From an uncultured Actinomycetota bacterium (GTDB taxonomy: Bacteria > Actinomycetota > Actinomycetes > Propionibacteriales > Nocardioidaceae): a stretch of 64,000 bases of DNA. Shown here in pieces: positions 30,901 to 44,409 of this stretch. The notes below the pieces were generated by a model. It had not been told where the DNA came from. It saw nothing but the letters and a program-made list of their open reading frames with translations, and did not search any database. The stretch is taken from positions 161,610-225,609 of the forward strand of contig CAWFGL010000006.1 in assembly GCA_963815335.1 (NCBI GenBank), in the 5' to 3' direction. Position numbers and translations under genes: made by a program. How positions within the stretch are numbered: position 1 is the stretch's first letter; each line of letters opens with the position of its first letter.

Positions 30901-31914
30901 GTGACCGAGACTGTGCTGGTGCTCCCCCGCCGACGATCGCGCCGCCTCGCCGCCCTCGGCGTGGCGGCGGCGCTGGTCGCTGGCGGCGGCACCCTCGTCG
31001 CCCGCCACGTGCTCGACGACCCGGACGACGAGAACCCGTTCGCCGGCCGCCCCCTCCTGGTGACTCCCGAACCCCGGCTGGACGCGGCCGCGCAGCAGGC
31101 GGCCGCGGACGGGGACCAGCGGCGGAGCGCCCAGCTGGAGCGCCTGGCCGACGTGCCCACGGGCACCTGGCTGCTGCCCGAGCAGCACCCCACGCCCGCC
31201 GACGTGGGCGCGTACGTCACCGACGTCGTCCGGCGGGCGGCGGGGCAGGACGCCCTGGCCCTCCTGGTCGTGTACGCGATCCCGGACCGCGACTGCAGCG
31301 GCGGCCTGTCGAGCGGCGGGCTGACCGCCGAGGAGTACGTCCCGTGGGTGCGCGCCGTCGCCTCGGCCGCCGCGGACGAGCACGCGGTCGTCGTGCTCGA
31401 GCCGGACGCCCTCGTCAGCGCGGACCAGTGCGGCCTTGCCGACGCCCGGACCGCGCAGCTGGGCGACGCGGTCGCAGCCCTGGCGGACGCCGGCGCCGCG
31501 ACGTACGTCGACGCCGGCCACTCGGCCTGGCGGGACGCCGACGAGGTGGCCGACCTGCTCGAGGCCGTCGGCGTCCAGCGCGTCCGGGGGTTCTCCGTGA
31601 ACGTCGCGAACTACCAGCCCACCGCGGTCGAGAGGCAGTGGGCCGAGCAGGTCAGCACGGCCGTCGGGGGCGCGCACTTCGTGGTCGACACCGGCCGCAA
31701 CGGCGCCGCCGGCGGGCGCGTCGACGACTGGTGCAACCCACCGGGCCAGGCCCTGGGCAGCGAGCCAGGCGTCGTCACGGACGACACGCGGCTCGACGCG
31801 CTGCTGTGGGTCAAGCCGCCGTGGGAGAGCGACGGCACCTGCCAGGGCGGCCCGGAGGCCGGTCAGCTGTGGCTCGAGCGGGTGGTCGACCTGGCCACCG
31901 CCGCCGGGTGGTGA
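30901..31914 (+). CDS. GH6 endoglucanase-like protein, N-terminal membrane anchor, no CBM
   Basis: YAIPDRDC, VLEPD, YVDAGH, GFSVNVANY, VVDTGRNG, WCNP and ESDG motifs of GH6. Confidence 0.9.
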   Translation: MTETVLVLPRRRSRRLAALGVAAALVAGGGTLVARHVLDDPDDENPFAGRPLLVTPEPRLDAAAQQAAADGDQRRSAQLERLADVPTGTWLLPEQHPTPADVGAYVTDVVRRAAGQDALALLVVYAIPDRDCSGGLSSGGLTAEEYVPWVRAVASAAADEHAVVVLEPDALVSADQCGLADARTAQLGDAVAALADAGAATYVDAGHSAWRDADEVADLLEAVGVQRVRGFSVNVANYQPTAVERQWAEQVSTAVGGAHFVVDTGRNGAAGGRVDDWCNPPGQALGSEPGVVTDDTRLDALLWVKPPWESDGTCQGGPEAGQLWLERVVDLATAAGW

Positions 31915-31977
31915 ACCTCTCGACCGACGTGGGCCAAACCCGGCACGTCCAGACCAGTTCCGACCTACCATCGACAC

Positions 31978-32851
31978 GTGAGTGAGACCCGCGTCGCAGT
32001 GGTGATCGAGGACGAGCCGGAGCTGCGAGAGCTGACCGAGATGATCCTGACGCAGTCAGGGTTCGCGGTCGTGACCGCCGGTGACGGCCCGAGCGGCATC
32101 CAGGCGGTCCGCGAGCACACCCCGCTCCTCACGACGCTCGACCTGAACATGCCGGGGATGGACGGCTTCGCGGTCGCCAAGCAGCTGCGCAAGTTCAGCG
32201 AGACCTACCTGATCATCATCACCGGCCGGGCGGACGAGATCGACGTCGTGACCGGCTTCGAGGCCGGTGCCGACGACTACCTGGTCAAGCCGTTCAGCCC
32301 CCGCGAGCTGCGTGCGCGTGCCGACTCGATGCTCCGTCGGCCCCGCCGGATGCAGGGCTTCGCCACCGGCGAGCCCGAGCCCGAGCCGGAGCCGGAGTCC
32401 TGGGCCAGCGCCGCGGCCCGCGAGCTCCGCGAGAGCCCGCTGGCGCCGATGGCCGCCGCCGCGGTGGCCGAGATGGCGACGGCCGCAGCCGAGCATCCTC
32501 GCGGACCCGGCAGCCGCGACCGAGCCCGGCCGGGTGCTGGGCACCAACGGCCTGACCATGGACCTGGCGACGGGTGTCACCACCCTGCACGGGCAGCGTG
32601 TCGACCTCTCCGACGCCGAGCGTGAGCTGCTGGCCAGCCTGCTCTCGACGGGCCGCCGGGTCCGCAGCAAGGCCGACCTGGTGCTGGCGCTGCGCGGCCA
32701 GCCCTACGTCACGTCGTACTTCGTCAAGGAGATCGACAAGAAGAACGTCGACGCCCACATCTCGAGCCTGCGCGCCAAGCTGGGTGACGACGGCGCGACG
32801 CCCAAGTTCATCGAGACGGTCCGCGGCGTCGGCTACCGGCTGGCCTCCTGA
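31978..32851 (+). pseudogene. OmpR-family response regulator, frameshifted as assembled
   Basis: Receiver domain (IEDE, LDLNMPGMDG, KPF) in the 31978 frame; winged-helix domain (IETVRGVGYRL) in the +1 frame. Codon bias switches at about 32476-32494. Confidence 0.8.
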
Positions 32852-32864
32852 CCCACGGCAGCCG

Positions 32865-33584
32865 TCAGTTGGCGTTGACCGGGATGTCGGCGACCACGGT
32901 CTCGTCGTCGGAGGCGAAGATCGCGATCGGCACCGACTGCGTCACCTCGCGCCTGACGAACTTGCGCGACCCGGCGCGGGTCTCGATGCTCACGGTGGCG
33001 GTCAGCTCCAGCGTCACCCCGATCGTGTCGCCGGCGACGGTCCCGATGCGCTGGTTGCGCAGCTCGAAGGCGCCCTTGGGCGAGGTGATGAGCATGCCGA
33101 ACCGGGTGGTCAGCGGCTCGGGGTCGAAGGTCGCCCGCGAGGCCGGGGTGTCGAGCTCGTACGGGGTCTCGGTCGCGCCGCCCGCGCTGGTCGTGGTCGC
33201 CGACGTCACGACGATCCTGCTGAGGTAGACCTTCCGCTTGGTCTCGAACGGGTCGCGCAGCTCGCGGTCGAGGTCGTAGGCCTGGAAGGTCACCGTGAAG
33301 AACTTGTCACCGCGCGGGTACCACTCGTTGGTCCGGGGCGTCGCCTTGGTGGGGTAGAGCGTGTAGACGAAGTCCACGCCCGACGCGCCGTCCACCTCGA
33401 TGTGCGACTGGAACGTCCCGTCGCGGGTGAACTGCGAGTCGAACACCGGGGCCGCCGTCGTCGACGGGGCCTCGGCCGGGGGCGGTTCGGCGTCGTCGCC
33501 CAGCACCGAGCACGCGGACGCCGACGTCGTCGCCAGCACGGCGACCACGACGGCAGCGAGCCGGCGGACACCCCTGACGCTCAT
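32865..33584 (-). CDS. Uncharacterised secreted lipoprotein
   Basis: Signal peptide with SASAC lipobox, Pro/Ala linker and beta-rich body; ATGA-coupled to the GT2 gene. Confidence 0.8.
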   Translation of the reverse strand: MSVRGVRRLAAVVVAVLATTSASACSVLGDDAEPPPAEAPSTTAAPVFDSQFTRDGTFQSHIEVDGASGVDFVYTLYPTKATPRTNEWYPRGDKFFTVTFQAYDLDRELRDPFETKRKVYLSRIVVTSATTTSAGGATETPYELDTPASRATFDPEPLTTRFGMLITSPKGAFELRNQRIGTVAGDTIGVTLELTATVSIETRAGSRKFVRREVTQSVPIAIFASDDETVVADIPVNAN

Positions 33585-35062
33585 GCCTTGAACCCGCGGT
33601 AGCGGCGCAGCACCTTGAGCGCCATCCACGCCGTCTGCAGGACCGTGATCACGCCCAGGACCGGCCACGCCACCTCCAAGAAGCTCGACCTCGCACCGAC
33701 GGAGAGCTGCGCCCAGATCGCGCTCACCGCCGCCAGGAACACCAGCAGCGCCAGGAACGGGTAGAGGTACGACGACCCCTTGCCCCGCTCGGCACGCGCC
33801 TGCGCCGCCCAGTTGTCGGACTGGTGGCTGCCGAAGAACTTCGCCCAGGCGCGGACGAAGTGACCCATCCGCACCCACATGTAGACCTCGGCCGGGACCA
33901 GGGTCGCGGCGAACAGGTAGTCCCGCTTGTGCGCGAACGCCATCGACCTGGCGACCTTGACGTTCAGCGCGATCGCGACGACCGGCGGGATCAGCCACTG
34001 GAGCTCGAAGACGTACGCGTCGATCGACAGCGATCCGGACAGCAGCAGGAGGAAGCCGAGCCGGGTGACGATGTTCAGCACCATCGAGAGGTGCTCGAAC
34101 CAGCGGATCCGCAGGTTGGGGTGCAGCGGCTGGCCGCGGGTGTCGCCGCGCTGTCCGGGCCACATCAGGTCGATCGCGCCGTAGTTCCACTTCACCTGCT
34201 GGGCGTCCAGGCTGCGCAGGGTGGTCATGCCGCCCACGTGCGCGTACGCCGACGCGCTGATCTTGGTGAGGAAGCCGGCGCTCTTGATCTGCAGCGAGAG
34301 GAGCGAGTCCTCGACCTCGCTGTCGTTCACCCACGGCGTGCGCTGGTGGCTGTCGTCCAGGACCTTCCGCAGTGCTCGCGTCGAGAAGATCGAGAACTGG
34401 CCGCCGAGCACCGCCATGTTGCGGCCCTTGAGCAGGTTCTGCATGTTGAAGGCGGAGAACTGCGCCCGCTGGCCGGCGATCAGGAACTTGCCCACCGCGC
34501 CCTCGAGGGCGCTGTCGTCGATCGAGTAGATCGCCGAGATCCCGCCGATCCGGTCGTCGCTCGAGATCTCGTCCACGAGCATCTCCAGCGCGTTGGGCTC
34601 CGGGGTGGTGTCGCCGTCGACGCCGAGCAGGTAGTCCATCGACTCGACCAGCGAGTAGCCGTAGTTGAGGGCCCCGACCTTCTTGTCGGGGTTCTTGCCG
34701 ATGTCGTGCACGTAGACGACGGTGTGCTGCTCGCCGCTGGGCGTCATCCGGGTGTGCGGACCCGCGTAGTGGCTGGCGATCTCGACCGAGTCGTCGGTCG
34801 TGTTGTTGATGATGACGTGGATGGAGTCCGGCAGCCGGGTCTGCATCAGCAGCGAGTCGATGACCCCGGCGATCGTCTCGGCCTCGTTGTACGCAGGGAT
34901 GACGCAGCCGACCGTGGGGCGCTGCTCGGGGATGGCCGCGACCGCGTCGAGGAACTCCTCGGCGTACGCGCTCAGCGAGGGGTCCTGGGTCAGGATGTAC
35001 GGGTTGCTCGGGGCAGCCCGGTCAGTTCCGCTCGCGGTCGCACGAGACCCGTCCAGTGTCAC
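33581..35062 (-). CDS. Processive-type family 2 glycosyltransferase with C-terminal TM helices
   Basis: IPAYNE, KKVGALN, VDGDT (DxD), VED and QQVKW (QxxRW variant); 4-5 C-terminal TM segments. Confidence 0.9.
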   Translation of the reverse strand: MTLDGSRATASGTDRAAPSNPYILTQDPSLSAYAEEFLDAVAAIPEQRPTVGCVIPAYNEAETIAGVIDSLLMQTRLPDSIHVIINNTTDDSVEIASHYAGPHTRMTPSGEQHTVVYVHDIGKNPDKKVGALNYGYSLVESMDYLLGVDGDTTPEPNALEMLVDEISSDDRIGGISAIYSIDDSALEGAVGKFLIAGQRAQFSAFNMQNLLKGRNMAVLGGQFSIFSTRALRKVLDDSHQRTPWVNDSEVEDSLLSLQIKSAGFLTKISASAYAHVGGMTTLRSLDAQQVKWNYGAIDLMWPGQRGDTRGQPLHPNLRIRWFEHLSMVLNIVTRLGFLLLLSGSLSIDAYVFELQWLIPPVVAIALNVKVARSMAFAHKRDYLFAATLVPAEVYMWVRMGHFVRAWAKFFGSHQSDNWAAQARAERGKGSSYLYPFLALLVFLAAVSAIWAQLSVGARSSFLEVAWPVLGVITVLQTAWMALKVLRRYRGFKA

Positions 35063-35130
35063 CCGCCCAGTGTCGTCAATCCTGGGCTAGTCCACCGGCG
35101 AACGGCGAAACTCGAGCCTCCGGATCCCGA

Positions 35131-36375
35131 TCAGGGCGGTGGCGTGTGGCACTGCTCACCGTCCTGCTGGTCGTCCGGCAGGTGCGGCAGCAGGACGTCG
35201 CCCAGCGGGGTCGCGTAGCCGGTGGTCACCGCGACCGGCGCGCGCGTGGCGGCGGCGTACTTGCAGTAGTGCGTGCCCTGGCCCAGGTAGGGCGAGTACG
35301 GGCCGGGCCCCGCCCGCACCGTGAGGTCGCTGCGCGTGAGCAGCTCGCCACCGAGCGTGAAGGTGCCGTCGGCGGCGGAGGTGGCGGAGTCGAGGACCCT
35401 GCCCTGGCCGTCGACGAGCGTGACCGAGCCACCCGACAGCGGGTACGACGGGTCGTTGCCGTCGACGACCCGGCCGGAGACCCAGGCGCCGCGCTGGGTG
35501 AGCCGGGCGCTGCCGAACGACGTCCGGCCGGCCTTCACCTTGCCCTTCACCAGGACGGTGGCGCCGACGTAGCCGCCGCCCGCGGGCACGACGAGGCGGT
35601 ACCTCCCCGGGAAGAGACCCTGCAGGGTGACGGTCCCGCGGCGGAGCCTCGCGGTCCAGAACTGGCCGCTCTTGCGGCTGACCGCCGTGACGAACGCGGT
35701 GCCCGGGTACGAGGCGCCGCCGGCGTACACGTCGACGATCATCCGGCCCGCCTTCGTGGTGAGCCCGATGTCGGTCGGCGTGTAGCTGCCGGCCTTGCGC
35801 TTGCGCAGGTAGGTGCTCTTGCCGACCCACTGCTTCCTGCGGTCGTAGGTGAAGACGGAGTAGGTGCCCGGCGGGAGCCCGCCGAGGGCGTACCGGCCCA
35901 GCTTGTCGGCCCGCACCTCGAAGGAGTTCTCGTCGGTGTTGGCGGCCACGACCCGCGCGCCGCCCGCCGGCTTCCCGCCCGCCCGCACGGTGCCGCCGAT
36001 CGCGGCGCCGCGCTTCATCCGGACGCTCCTCAGGGTCGTGTCGCCGGCGCGCACGGTGACGGTGACGTCGGCCGGGTAGTACTTCGTGACGTCGTACGCC
36101 GGACGCTGGTCGACGAACTGGAGGTGGTAGGTGCCCGGCTGCAGAGACAGGGAGTACCCGCCGCCGTACGCCTTGCGGGAGCCGAGGTACGTCCAGTCCG
36201 CGGCGAACCACAGCAGCTTGACCTCCGGCGAGGTGTCACCGCCCTGACCCGTGATGGTCCCGCGGACCCGACCGGTCGCCGCCGACGCCGGCGGGGCGTG
36301 GAGCGAGGGGAGCAGGCACGCGAGCACGAGGACGGCGAGCGCGAGCAGCCGTCGCTGCGACCTGGTCGTCACCAT
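35131..36375 (-). CDS. Secreted protein with repeated carboxypeptidase-regulatory-like beta domains
   Basis: Signal peptide ending ASAA; recurring G(R/A)xxGTV and LxPGTY motifs. Confidence 0.7.
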   Translation of the reverse strand: MVTTRSQRRLLALAVLVLACLLPSLHAPPASAATGRVRGTITGQGGDTSPEVKLLWFAADWTYLGSRKAYGGGYSLSLQPGTYHLQFVDQRPAYDVTKYYPADVTVTVRAGDTTLRSVRMKRGAAIGGTVRAGGKPAGGARVVAANTDENSFEVRADKLGRYALGGLPPGTYSVFTYDRRKQWVGKSTYLRKRKAGSYTPTDIGLTTKAGRMIVDVYAGGASYPGTAFVTAVSRKSGQFWTARLRRGTVTLQGLFPGRYRLVVPAGGGYVGATVLVKGKVKAGRTSFGSARLTQRGAWVSGRVVDGNDPSYPLSGGSVTLVDGQGRVLDSATSAADGTFTLGGELLTRSDLTVRAGPGPYSPYLGQGTHYCKYAAATRAPVAVTTGYATPLGDVLLPHLPDDQQDGEQCHTPPP

Positions 36376-36450
36376 GCCACGACCATAAGTAGCGATCGTC
36401 GCGCCCGGGCTGGAACGGCGAACTCGACACGCTGCTGCGATGATCTGGCC

Positions 36451-37431
36451 GTGCCCACTGCCCTCATCACCGGGATCACCGGCCAGGACGGCCTGTACCT
36501 CGCCGAGCTGCTGCTCGCCAAGGGGTACGACGTCCACGGCGTGATCCGGGGGCAGAACAACCCCAAGCGCGACCTGGTCGAGCACCTGCTGCCGGACGTC
36601 CGGCTGCACAACGGCGACCTCACCGACATGTCGAGCCTGATCCGCGCGCTCCGCGACTCGGACCCCGGCGAGGTCTACAACCTCGGCGCGGTCTCCTTCG
36701 TCGCCTACTCGTGGGAGAACGCGCACCTCACCACCGACGTGACCGCCAAGGGCGTCCTCAACATGCTCGAGGCGATCCGGCTGCACACCGGCGACGACCC
36801 CGCCGGCGTCCGGTTCTACCAGGCGTCCAGCTCGGAGATGTTCGGCAAGGTGCACGAGTCGCCGCAGCACGAGCGCACCCTGCTCTGGCCCCGCTCGCCG
36901 TACGGCGTGAGCAAGGTCTACGGGCACTACATGACGATCAACTACCGCGAGTCGTACGGCATGCACGCGTCCTCCGGGATCCTCTTCAACCACGAGTCGC
37001 CGCGGCGCGGCCAGGAGTTCGTGACCCGCAAGGTCAGCCAGGCCGTGGCCCGCATCTCGCTGGGCCTCCAGGACGACCTGGTGCTCGGCAACCTCGACGC
37101 CGAGCGGGACTGGGGCTTCGCCGGTGACTACGTCGAGGCGATGTGGCTGATGCTCCAGCAGCCGGTCGGCGACGACTACGTGGTCGCGACGGGCGAGACC
37201 CACTCGATCCGCGAGCTCGTCGACGTGGCGTTCTCGCACATCGGGATCGACGACTGGACGCCGTACGTCAAGCAGGACAAGCGCTTCATGCGGCCGGCCG
37301 AGGTCGACCACCTCGTCGGCGACGCCACCAAGGCCCGCGAGGTGCTGGGCTGGGAGCCGAAGGTCGGGTTCGACGAGCTGGTCCGGATGATGGTCGACGC
37401 CGACATCTCCGCCCAGAGGGCCGGCTGGTGA
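36451..37431 (+). CDS. gmd: GDP-mannose 4,6-dehydratase
   Basis: [36 protein letters not shown] and [10 protein letters not shown] motifs. Confidence 0.93.
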   Translation: MPTALITGITGQDGLYLAELLLAKGYDVHGVIRGQNNPKRDLVEHLLPDVRLHNGDLTDMSSLIRALRDSDPGEVYNLGAVSFVAYSWENAHLTTDVTAKGVLNMLEAIRLHTGDDPAGVRFYQASSSEMFGKVHESPQHERTLLWPRSPYGVSKVYGHYMTINYRESYGMHASSGILFNHESPRRGQEFVTRKVSQAVARISLGLQDDLVLGNLDAERDWGFAGDYVEAMWLMLQQPVGDDYVVATGETHSIRELVDVAFSHIGIDDWTPYVKQDKRFMRPAEVDHLVGDATKAREVLGWEPKVGFDELVRMMVDADISAQRAGW

Positions 37432-38375
37432 CCCTCGCCTTCCTGACGGGCATCGGTGGGCAGGACGGCAGCTACCTCGCCGAGCGGTTGCTGGACGAGG
37501 GCGTCGAGGTGCACGCGCTGGCCCACGAGGCCGAGCCCGCACCGGACTGCCCCGGTGTCGTGCTGCACACCGGCGACCTCACCCGCGTCGACGAGGTCCG
37601 CGCGCTCCTGCTCGACCTCGCCCCGGACGAGGTCTACAACCTCGCCGCCCTGAGCTCGGTCGCGCAGTCGTGGGCCGAGCCCGACCTCACCGCACGGGTC
37701 AACGGCCTCGCCGCCGTGGCCCTGATGGAGTCCGCGCTGCAGGTCCAGGACCGCACCGGCAGGCCGGTCCGGTTCCTCCAGGCCTCGAGCGCCGAGATCT
37801 TCGGCGAGCCGGCCACGAGTCCCCAGGACGAGTCGACGCCGATCCGGCCGGTGAACCCGTACGGCGCCGCGAAGGCCTACGCGCACCTGATGGTCGACGT
37901 CTATCGCCGCCGCGACCTGCACGCGGTCGCCGCGATCCTCTACAACCACGAGTCCCCCCGCCGCCCGGCGCAGTTCGTCACCCGGAAGATCACCTCGACC
38001 GTGGCCGCGATCGCCGCCGGGCGGGCCGACACGCTGGTCCTCGGCAACCTCGAGGCCCGCCGCGACTGGGGCTGGGCGCCGGACTACGTCGACGCGGTCG
38101 TGCGCGCGACCCGGGCCGACGTGGCGCAGGACTACGTGGTGGCGACGGGCGAGGGCCACTCGGTCGAGGACTTCGCGGCCGCGGCGTTCGCGCACGCCGG
38201 GATCGACGACTGGGCGTCGTACGTCGAGGTCGACCCGAGCCTGCTCAGGCCCGCCGACCCGGTCGAGCTGACCGGCGACGCCACCCGGGCGCGGACGGAG
38301 CTCGGCTGGGCGCCCACGGTGGGGTTCGCCGAGCTGGTCGGGCGGATGGTCGACGCGGACCTGGAGTCCGGCTGA
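37428..38375 (+). CDS. Second GDP-mannose 4,6-dehydratase-like protein
   Basis: [32 protein letters not shown] and [10 protein letters not shown] motifs; GTGA-coupled tandem paralog. Confidence 0.85.
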   Translation: MTLAFLTGIGGQDGSYLAERLLDEGVEVHALAHEAEPAPDCPGVVLHTGDLTRVDEVRALLLDLAPDEVYNLAALSSVAQSWAEPDLTARVNGLAAVALMESALQVQDRTGRPVRFLQASSAEIFGEPATSPQDESTPIRPVNPYGAAKAYAHLMVDVYRRRDLHAVAAILYNHESPRRPAQFVTRKITSTVAAIAAGRADTLVLGNLEARRDWGWAPDYVDAVVRATRADVAQDYVVATGEGHSVEDFAAAAFAHAGIDDWASYVEVDPSLLRPADPVELTGDATRARTELGWAPTVGFAELVGRMVDADLESG

Positions 38376-38407
38376 GTTTCCTCACCATCTCCGCGGTGGT
38401 CTTGTTT

Positions 38408-38423
38408 TCGAACATCTGTTCTA
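38408..38423. promoter_or_regulatory. Actinobacterial LexA (SOS) box
   Basis: TCGAAC-ATCT-GTTCTA versus the established consensus TCGAAC-N4-GTTCGA; 16 nt upstream of the DUF222-HNH start. Confidence 0.75.
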
Positions 38424-38439
38424 GTAGGCTGGCCGCACG

Positions 38440-39819
38440 ATGACTTCCACGGCCGACCTCCTCCCCGATTCCGCCCCACTGGGGCGGGACCTGCTGGTGC
38501 AGGTGCGTGAGGAGCGGCAGGCCTCGGACCGTGCCGAGATCCGGATCATGGAGCTGGCCGTGGAGTACGCCTACGCGAACCCGGCACTGCCCGGCCAGGA
38601 GGCCTGGGCGCCGACCACGCTCCCGGTGTGGACCGACCCGCACTCCTACGCCACCACGGACGCCGACGAGGTGGAGTGGTACCGGCTCCCCGCGCTGCGG
38701 TGGGACGCCCCGGCCGCGTTCGCCGCCGCGAACGGCATGTCGACCATCGCCGGGAAGGCCGTGATCCGCGACGCCCTGGTCCTCACCCACCGAGCGCCGG
38801 CCGTGCGGGCCGCGATGTGCGCCGGGCAGGTCACCGTGCGGCGGGCCCGCAGGATCGCCGAGCAGCTCCTCGGCCAGCACGACGACGTGTGCCGCTACGT
38901 CAACGACGCCCTGGCCGAGCGCCTCCACGACGGCCGCCCGCTCGGCCCCGTGGTCGCCGAGCGCCTCGTCGAGGAAGCGATGCTCCGGCTGCACGCCGAG
39001 GAACGCGAGCTCGACCAGCTCGAGGCCCTCGACCGGCGCCACGTCACCATCGACCCCGCCTCGATCAACCACCACGGCATCGGCGACCTCGGCGCCCGCC
39101 TGGACTGCGCCGACCTGCTCAACCTCGACGAGAAGGTCGCCGAGCTCGCCGAGGCCATCAAGGACCTCCCCGAGCACGCCCACGAGTCCCTCGACGTCCG
39201 CCGCTCCATCGCCCTGGGGATCCTCGCCGACCCGCCCCGCGCCCAGGCGATCCTCGACGGCCACACCGACGCCAAGCCCACCCGCCGACGCGAGCTCGTC
39301 GCCGACCTGAACCTCACCGAGGCAAGCCTGCTCCTCGGCGACCCCGTCATCACCGACACCGACCTCAAGGCCCACCTCACCCAGGTCATCCAGACCTGGG
39401 TCGGCCGCCACGACATCGCCCTGACCATCAAGCCGGTCCGGCACTGCGGCGGCACCGCCGGCGGCTGCACCCACTGCCCCGCCCACATCGACTGCACCAA
39501 CCACACCCCGCACGCCACCGAGGACTACGTCCCCACCCAGCTGGACCGCACGATCGTCGAGCTCGCCGACCGCCGCTGCGTCCACCCCCACTGCCACCGG
39601 TCAGCCCGCCGCTGCGACTGCGACCACATCACACCCTTCGACACCGGCGGGCCCACCTGCCCCCGATGCAACCTCGCACCCCTGTGCCGACATCACCACC
39701 GACTCAAGACCCACACCGGCTGGCGCTACCAGAAGCTCGGACCACAGACCTACCTCTGGACCGACCCCCACGGACTCCACTACCTCCGCCAACGCGACGG
39801 GACCCGCCAGCTCGAATAG
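38440..39819 (+). CDS. DUF222 / HNH endonuclease domain protein (13E12-repeat-like)
   Basis: C-terminal RCVHPHC...CDCDHI...CPRCNLAPLCRHHHRLKT HNH signature; DUF222-like N-terminus; strongly C-rich 3' half. Confidence 0.9.
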   Translation: MTSTADLLPDSAPLGRDLLVQVREERQASDRAEIRIMELAVEYAYANPALPGQEAWAPTTLPVWTDPHSYATTDADEVEWYRLPALRWDAPAAFAAANGMSTIAGKAVIRDALVLTHRAPAVRAAMCAGQVTVRRARRIAEQLLGQHDDVCRYVNDALAERLHDGRPLGPVVAERLVEEAMLRLHAEERELDQLEALDRRHVTIDPASINHHGIGDLGARLDCADLLNLDEKVAELAEAIKDLPEHAHESLDVRRSIALGILADPPRAQAILDGHTDAKPTRRRELVADLNLTEASLLLGDPVITDTDLKAHLTQVIQTWVGRHDIALTIKPVRHCGGTAGGCTHCPAHIDCTNHTPHATEDYVPTQLDRTIVELADRRCVHPHCHRSARRCDCDHITPFDTGGPTCPRCNLAPLCRHHHRLKTHTGWRYQKLGPQTYLWTDPHGLHYLRQRDGTRQLE

Positions 39820-40180
39820 CCGACATCCGCGCATGCCGATGCGCGACCTCGACGCCACCTGGCGTCATTCTGCGGAAAATGGCGGACGCGCAGCTGTGCC
39901 ATACGACGTAGACGATGGCCAGGATCAAGACTCCGCGCAGGACGCCATCTCCGACTTCTTCGCGGTTGTCGTGCCGTTGCAGGGCAACCCCCGCGATGAG
40001 CGTGATCAGAAGGGCTCCGGCCGTCGCCGCTACCCAGACCTGGTAGTCGGCCACGACGTCGCCAGCGCGGCAGATCAGCAGCCACAGGGAACCGGACCAC
40101 ATGAGGTTGCTCGCGAGAGCGACGAGGACTCCCGTGCGATAGCTCGTCGTCTCACGTATCGCCGCGTCGTCGAATCGCAT
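39704..40180 (-). CDS. Hypothetical membrane protein in a lower-GC patch, 3' end doubtful
   Basis: Three hydrophobic segments; the low-complexity tail overlaps the HNH gene. Confidence 0.4.
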   Translation of the reverse strand: MRFDDAAIRETTSYRTGVLVALASNLMWSGSLWLLICRAGDVVADYQVWVAATAGALLITLIAGVALQRHDNREEVGDGVLRGVLILAIVYVVWHSCASAIFRRMTPGGVEVAHRHARMSAIRAGGSRRVGGGSGVRGGRSRGRSVVRASGSASRCGS

Positions 40181-40383
40181 GCGTCAGTGTGACCGGCCTT
40201 CAGACGTGGTGTCGACCATCCGGAGCTCGCACGCCCCGAATCAAGAAGCGTGCGTAGAAAGGCGGCAGATGACCCGTCGGCGCCCCGATCGCGCGCGATA
40301 TGCCGCCTTTCGAGAACGCCTTGGCACCGGGCAGCCGGACGACGGCCTCCCCGGCGACGTGGAAGTGTCCATGTGCCAGCGAC

Positions 40384-43686
<3,303 letters not shown>

Positions 43687-43690
<4 letters not shown>

Positions 43691-44079
43691 GAGTCCGCGC
43701 GGCCGAAGTCGTCCTCGAGGCGGACGATGTCGTCCTCGCCGGTGTAGTCGCCGCGCTGGACCTCGATGACCACGAGCGGGTAGTCCTCGTCGTTGCAGAT
43801 GCGGTGCGGCTGCCCGACCTCGACCTCGACGCACTCCCCCGGGCCGGCGATGGTGGTGACGCCGTCGACGACGCAGGTCGCCTTGCCCGCCGCGACGACC
43901 CAGTGCTCGGCGCGGTGGCGGTGGTACTGGTACGACAGCCGGCTGTGCGGGTTCACGACGATCCGCTTGACCTTGTAGCCCTCACCCTCGTCGAGGACGT
44001 GCCACGATCCCCATGGGCGGGTCTCCGACGGAAGACTCACGGGCTCAGGATAAGTAGCGTCGCGTTCGCGCGTGGTCAC
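43687..44079 (-). CDS. Stand-alone phosphomannose isomerase type II C-terminal cupin
   Basis: RPWG, VKRIVV, LSYQYHRHRAEHW, HRI and EDDIVRLED motifs. Confidence 0.88.
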
Positions 44080-44095
44080 AACGACCGAAACGGCG

Positions 44096-44380
44096 TCATC
44101 GACGCGTCAGCCCGGCGAGCGCGGGCCGGACGTCGGCGAGGTAGACGAACGCGGCGATGGTGAAGGCCAGGCTGAGGATGAACAGCCCGCCGCTGAACAG
44201 CAGCTGCAGCACCACGCCGAGGCCCAGGATGATCGACCAGGCCGGCTTGGTCAGCTTGCCCGCCGCCTCGTAGCTCTGCGCCGAGAAGGTCAGCGAGCTC
44301 ACGAACGCGTAGATCTTGACCGCCAGCAGGACGAAGAAGACGAGCAACATGATGTTGCTCGTGATGCCGAAGACGTCCAT
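44096..44380 (-). CDS. DUF2516 family membrane protein (Rv0476-like)
   Basis: AAGKLTKPAWSIILG and VYLADVRPAL; lies downstream of hbhA as in mycobacteria. Confidence 0.8.
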   Translation of the reverse strand: MDVFGITSNIMLLVFFVLLAVKIYAFVSSLTFSAQSYEAAGKLTKPAWSIILGLGVVLQLLFSGGLFILSLAFTIAAFVYLADVRPALAGLTRR

Positions 44381-44409
44381 GGCACAAGCCTAGAGGGTGC
44401 TGCGAGGGC

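Noticed and set aside
32371-32397. GAGCC(C/G) hexamer run as a contingency repeat
   Set aside because: It is in frame (PEPEPE linker) and a multiple of 3, and the frameshift lies about 90 nt downstream.
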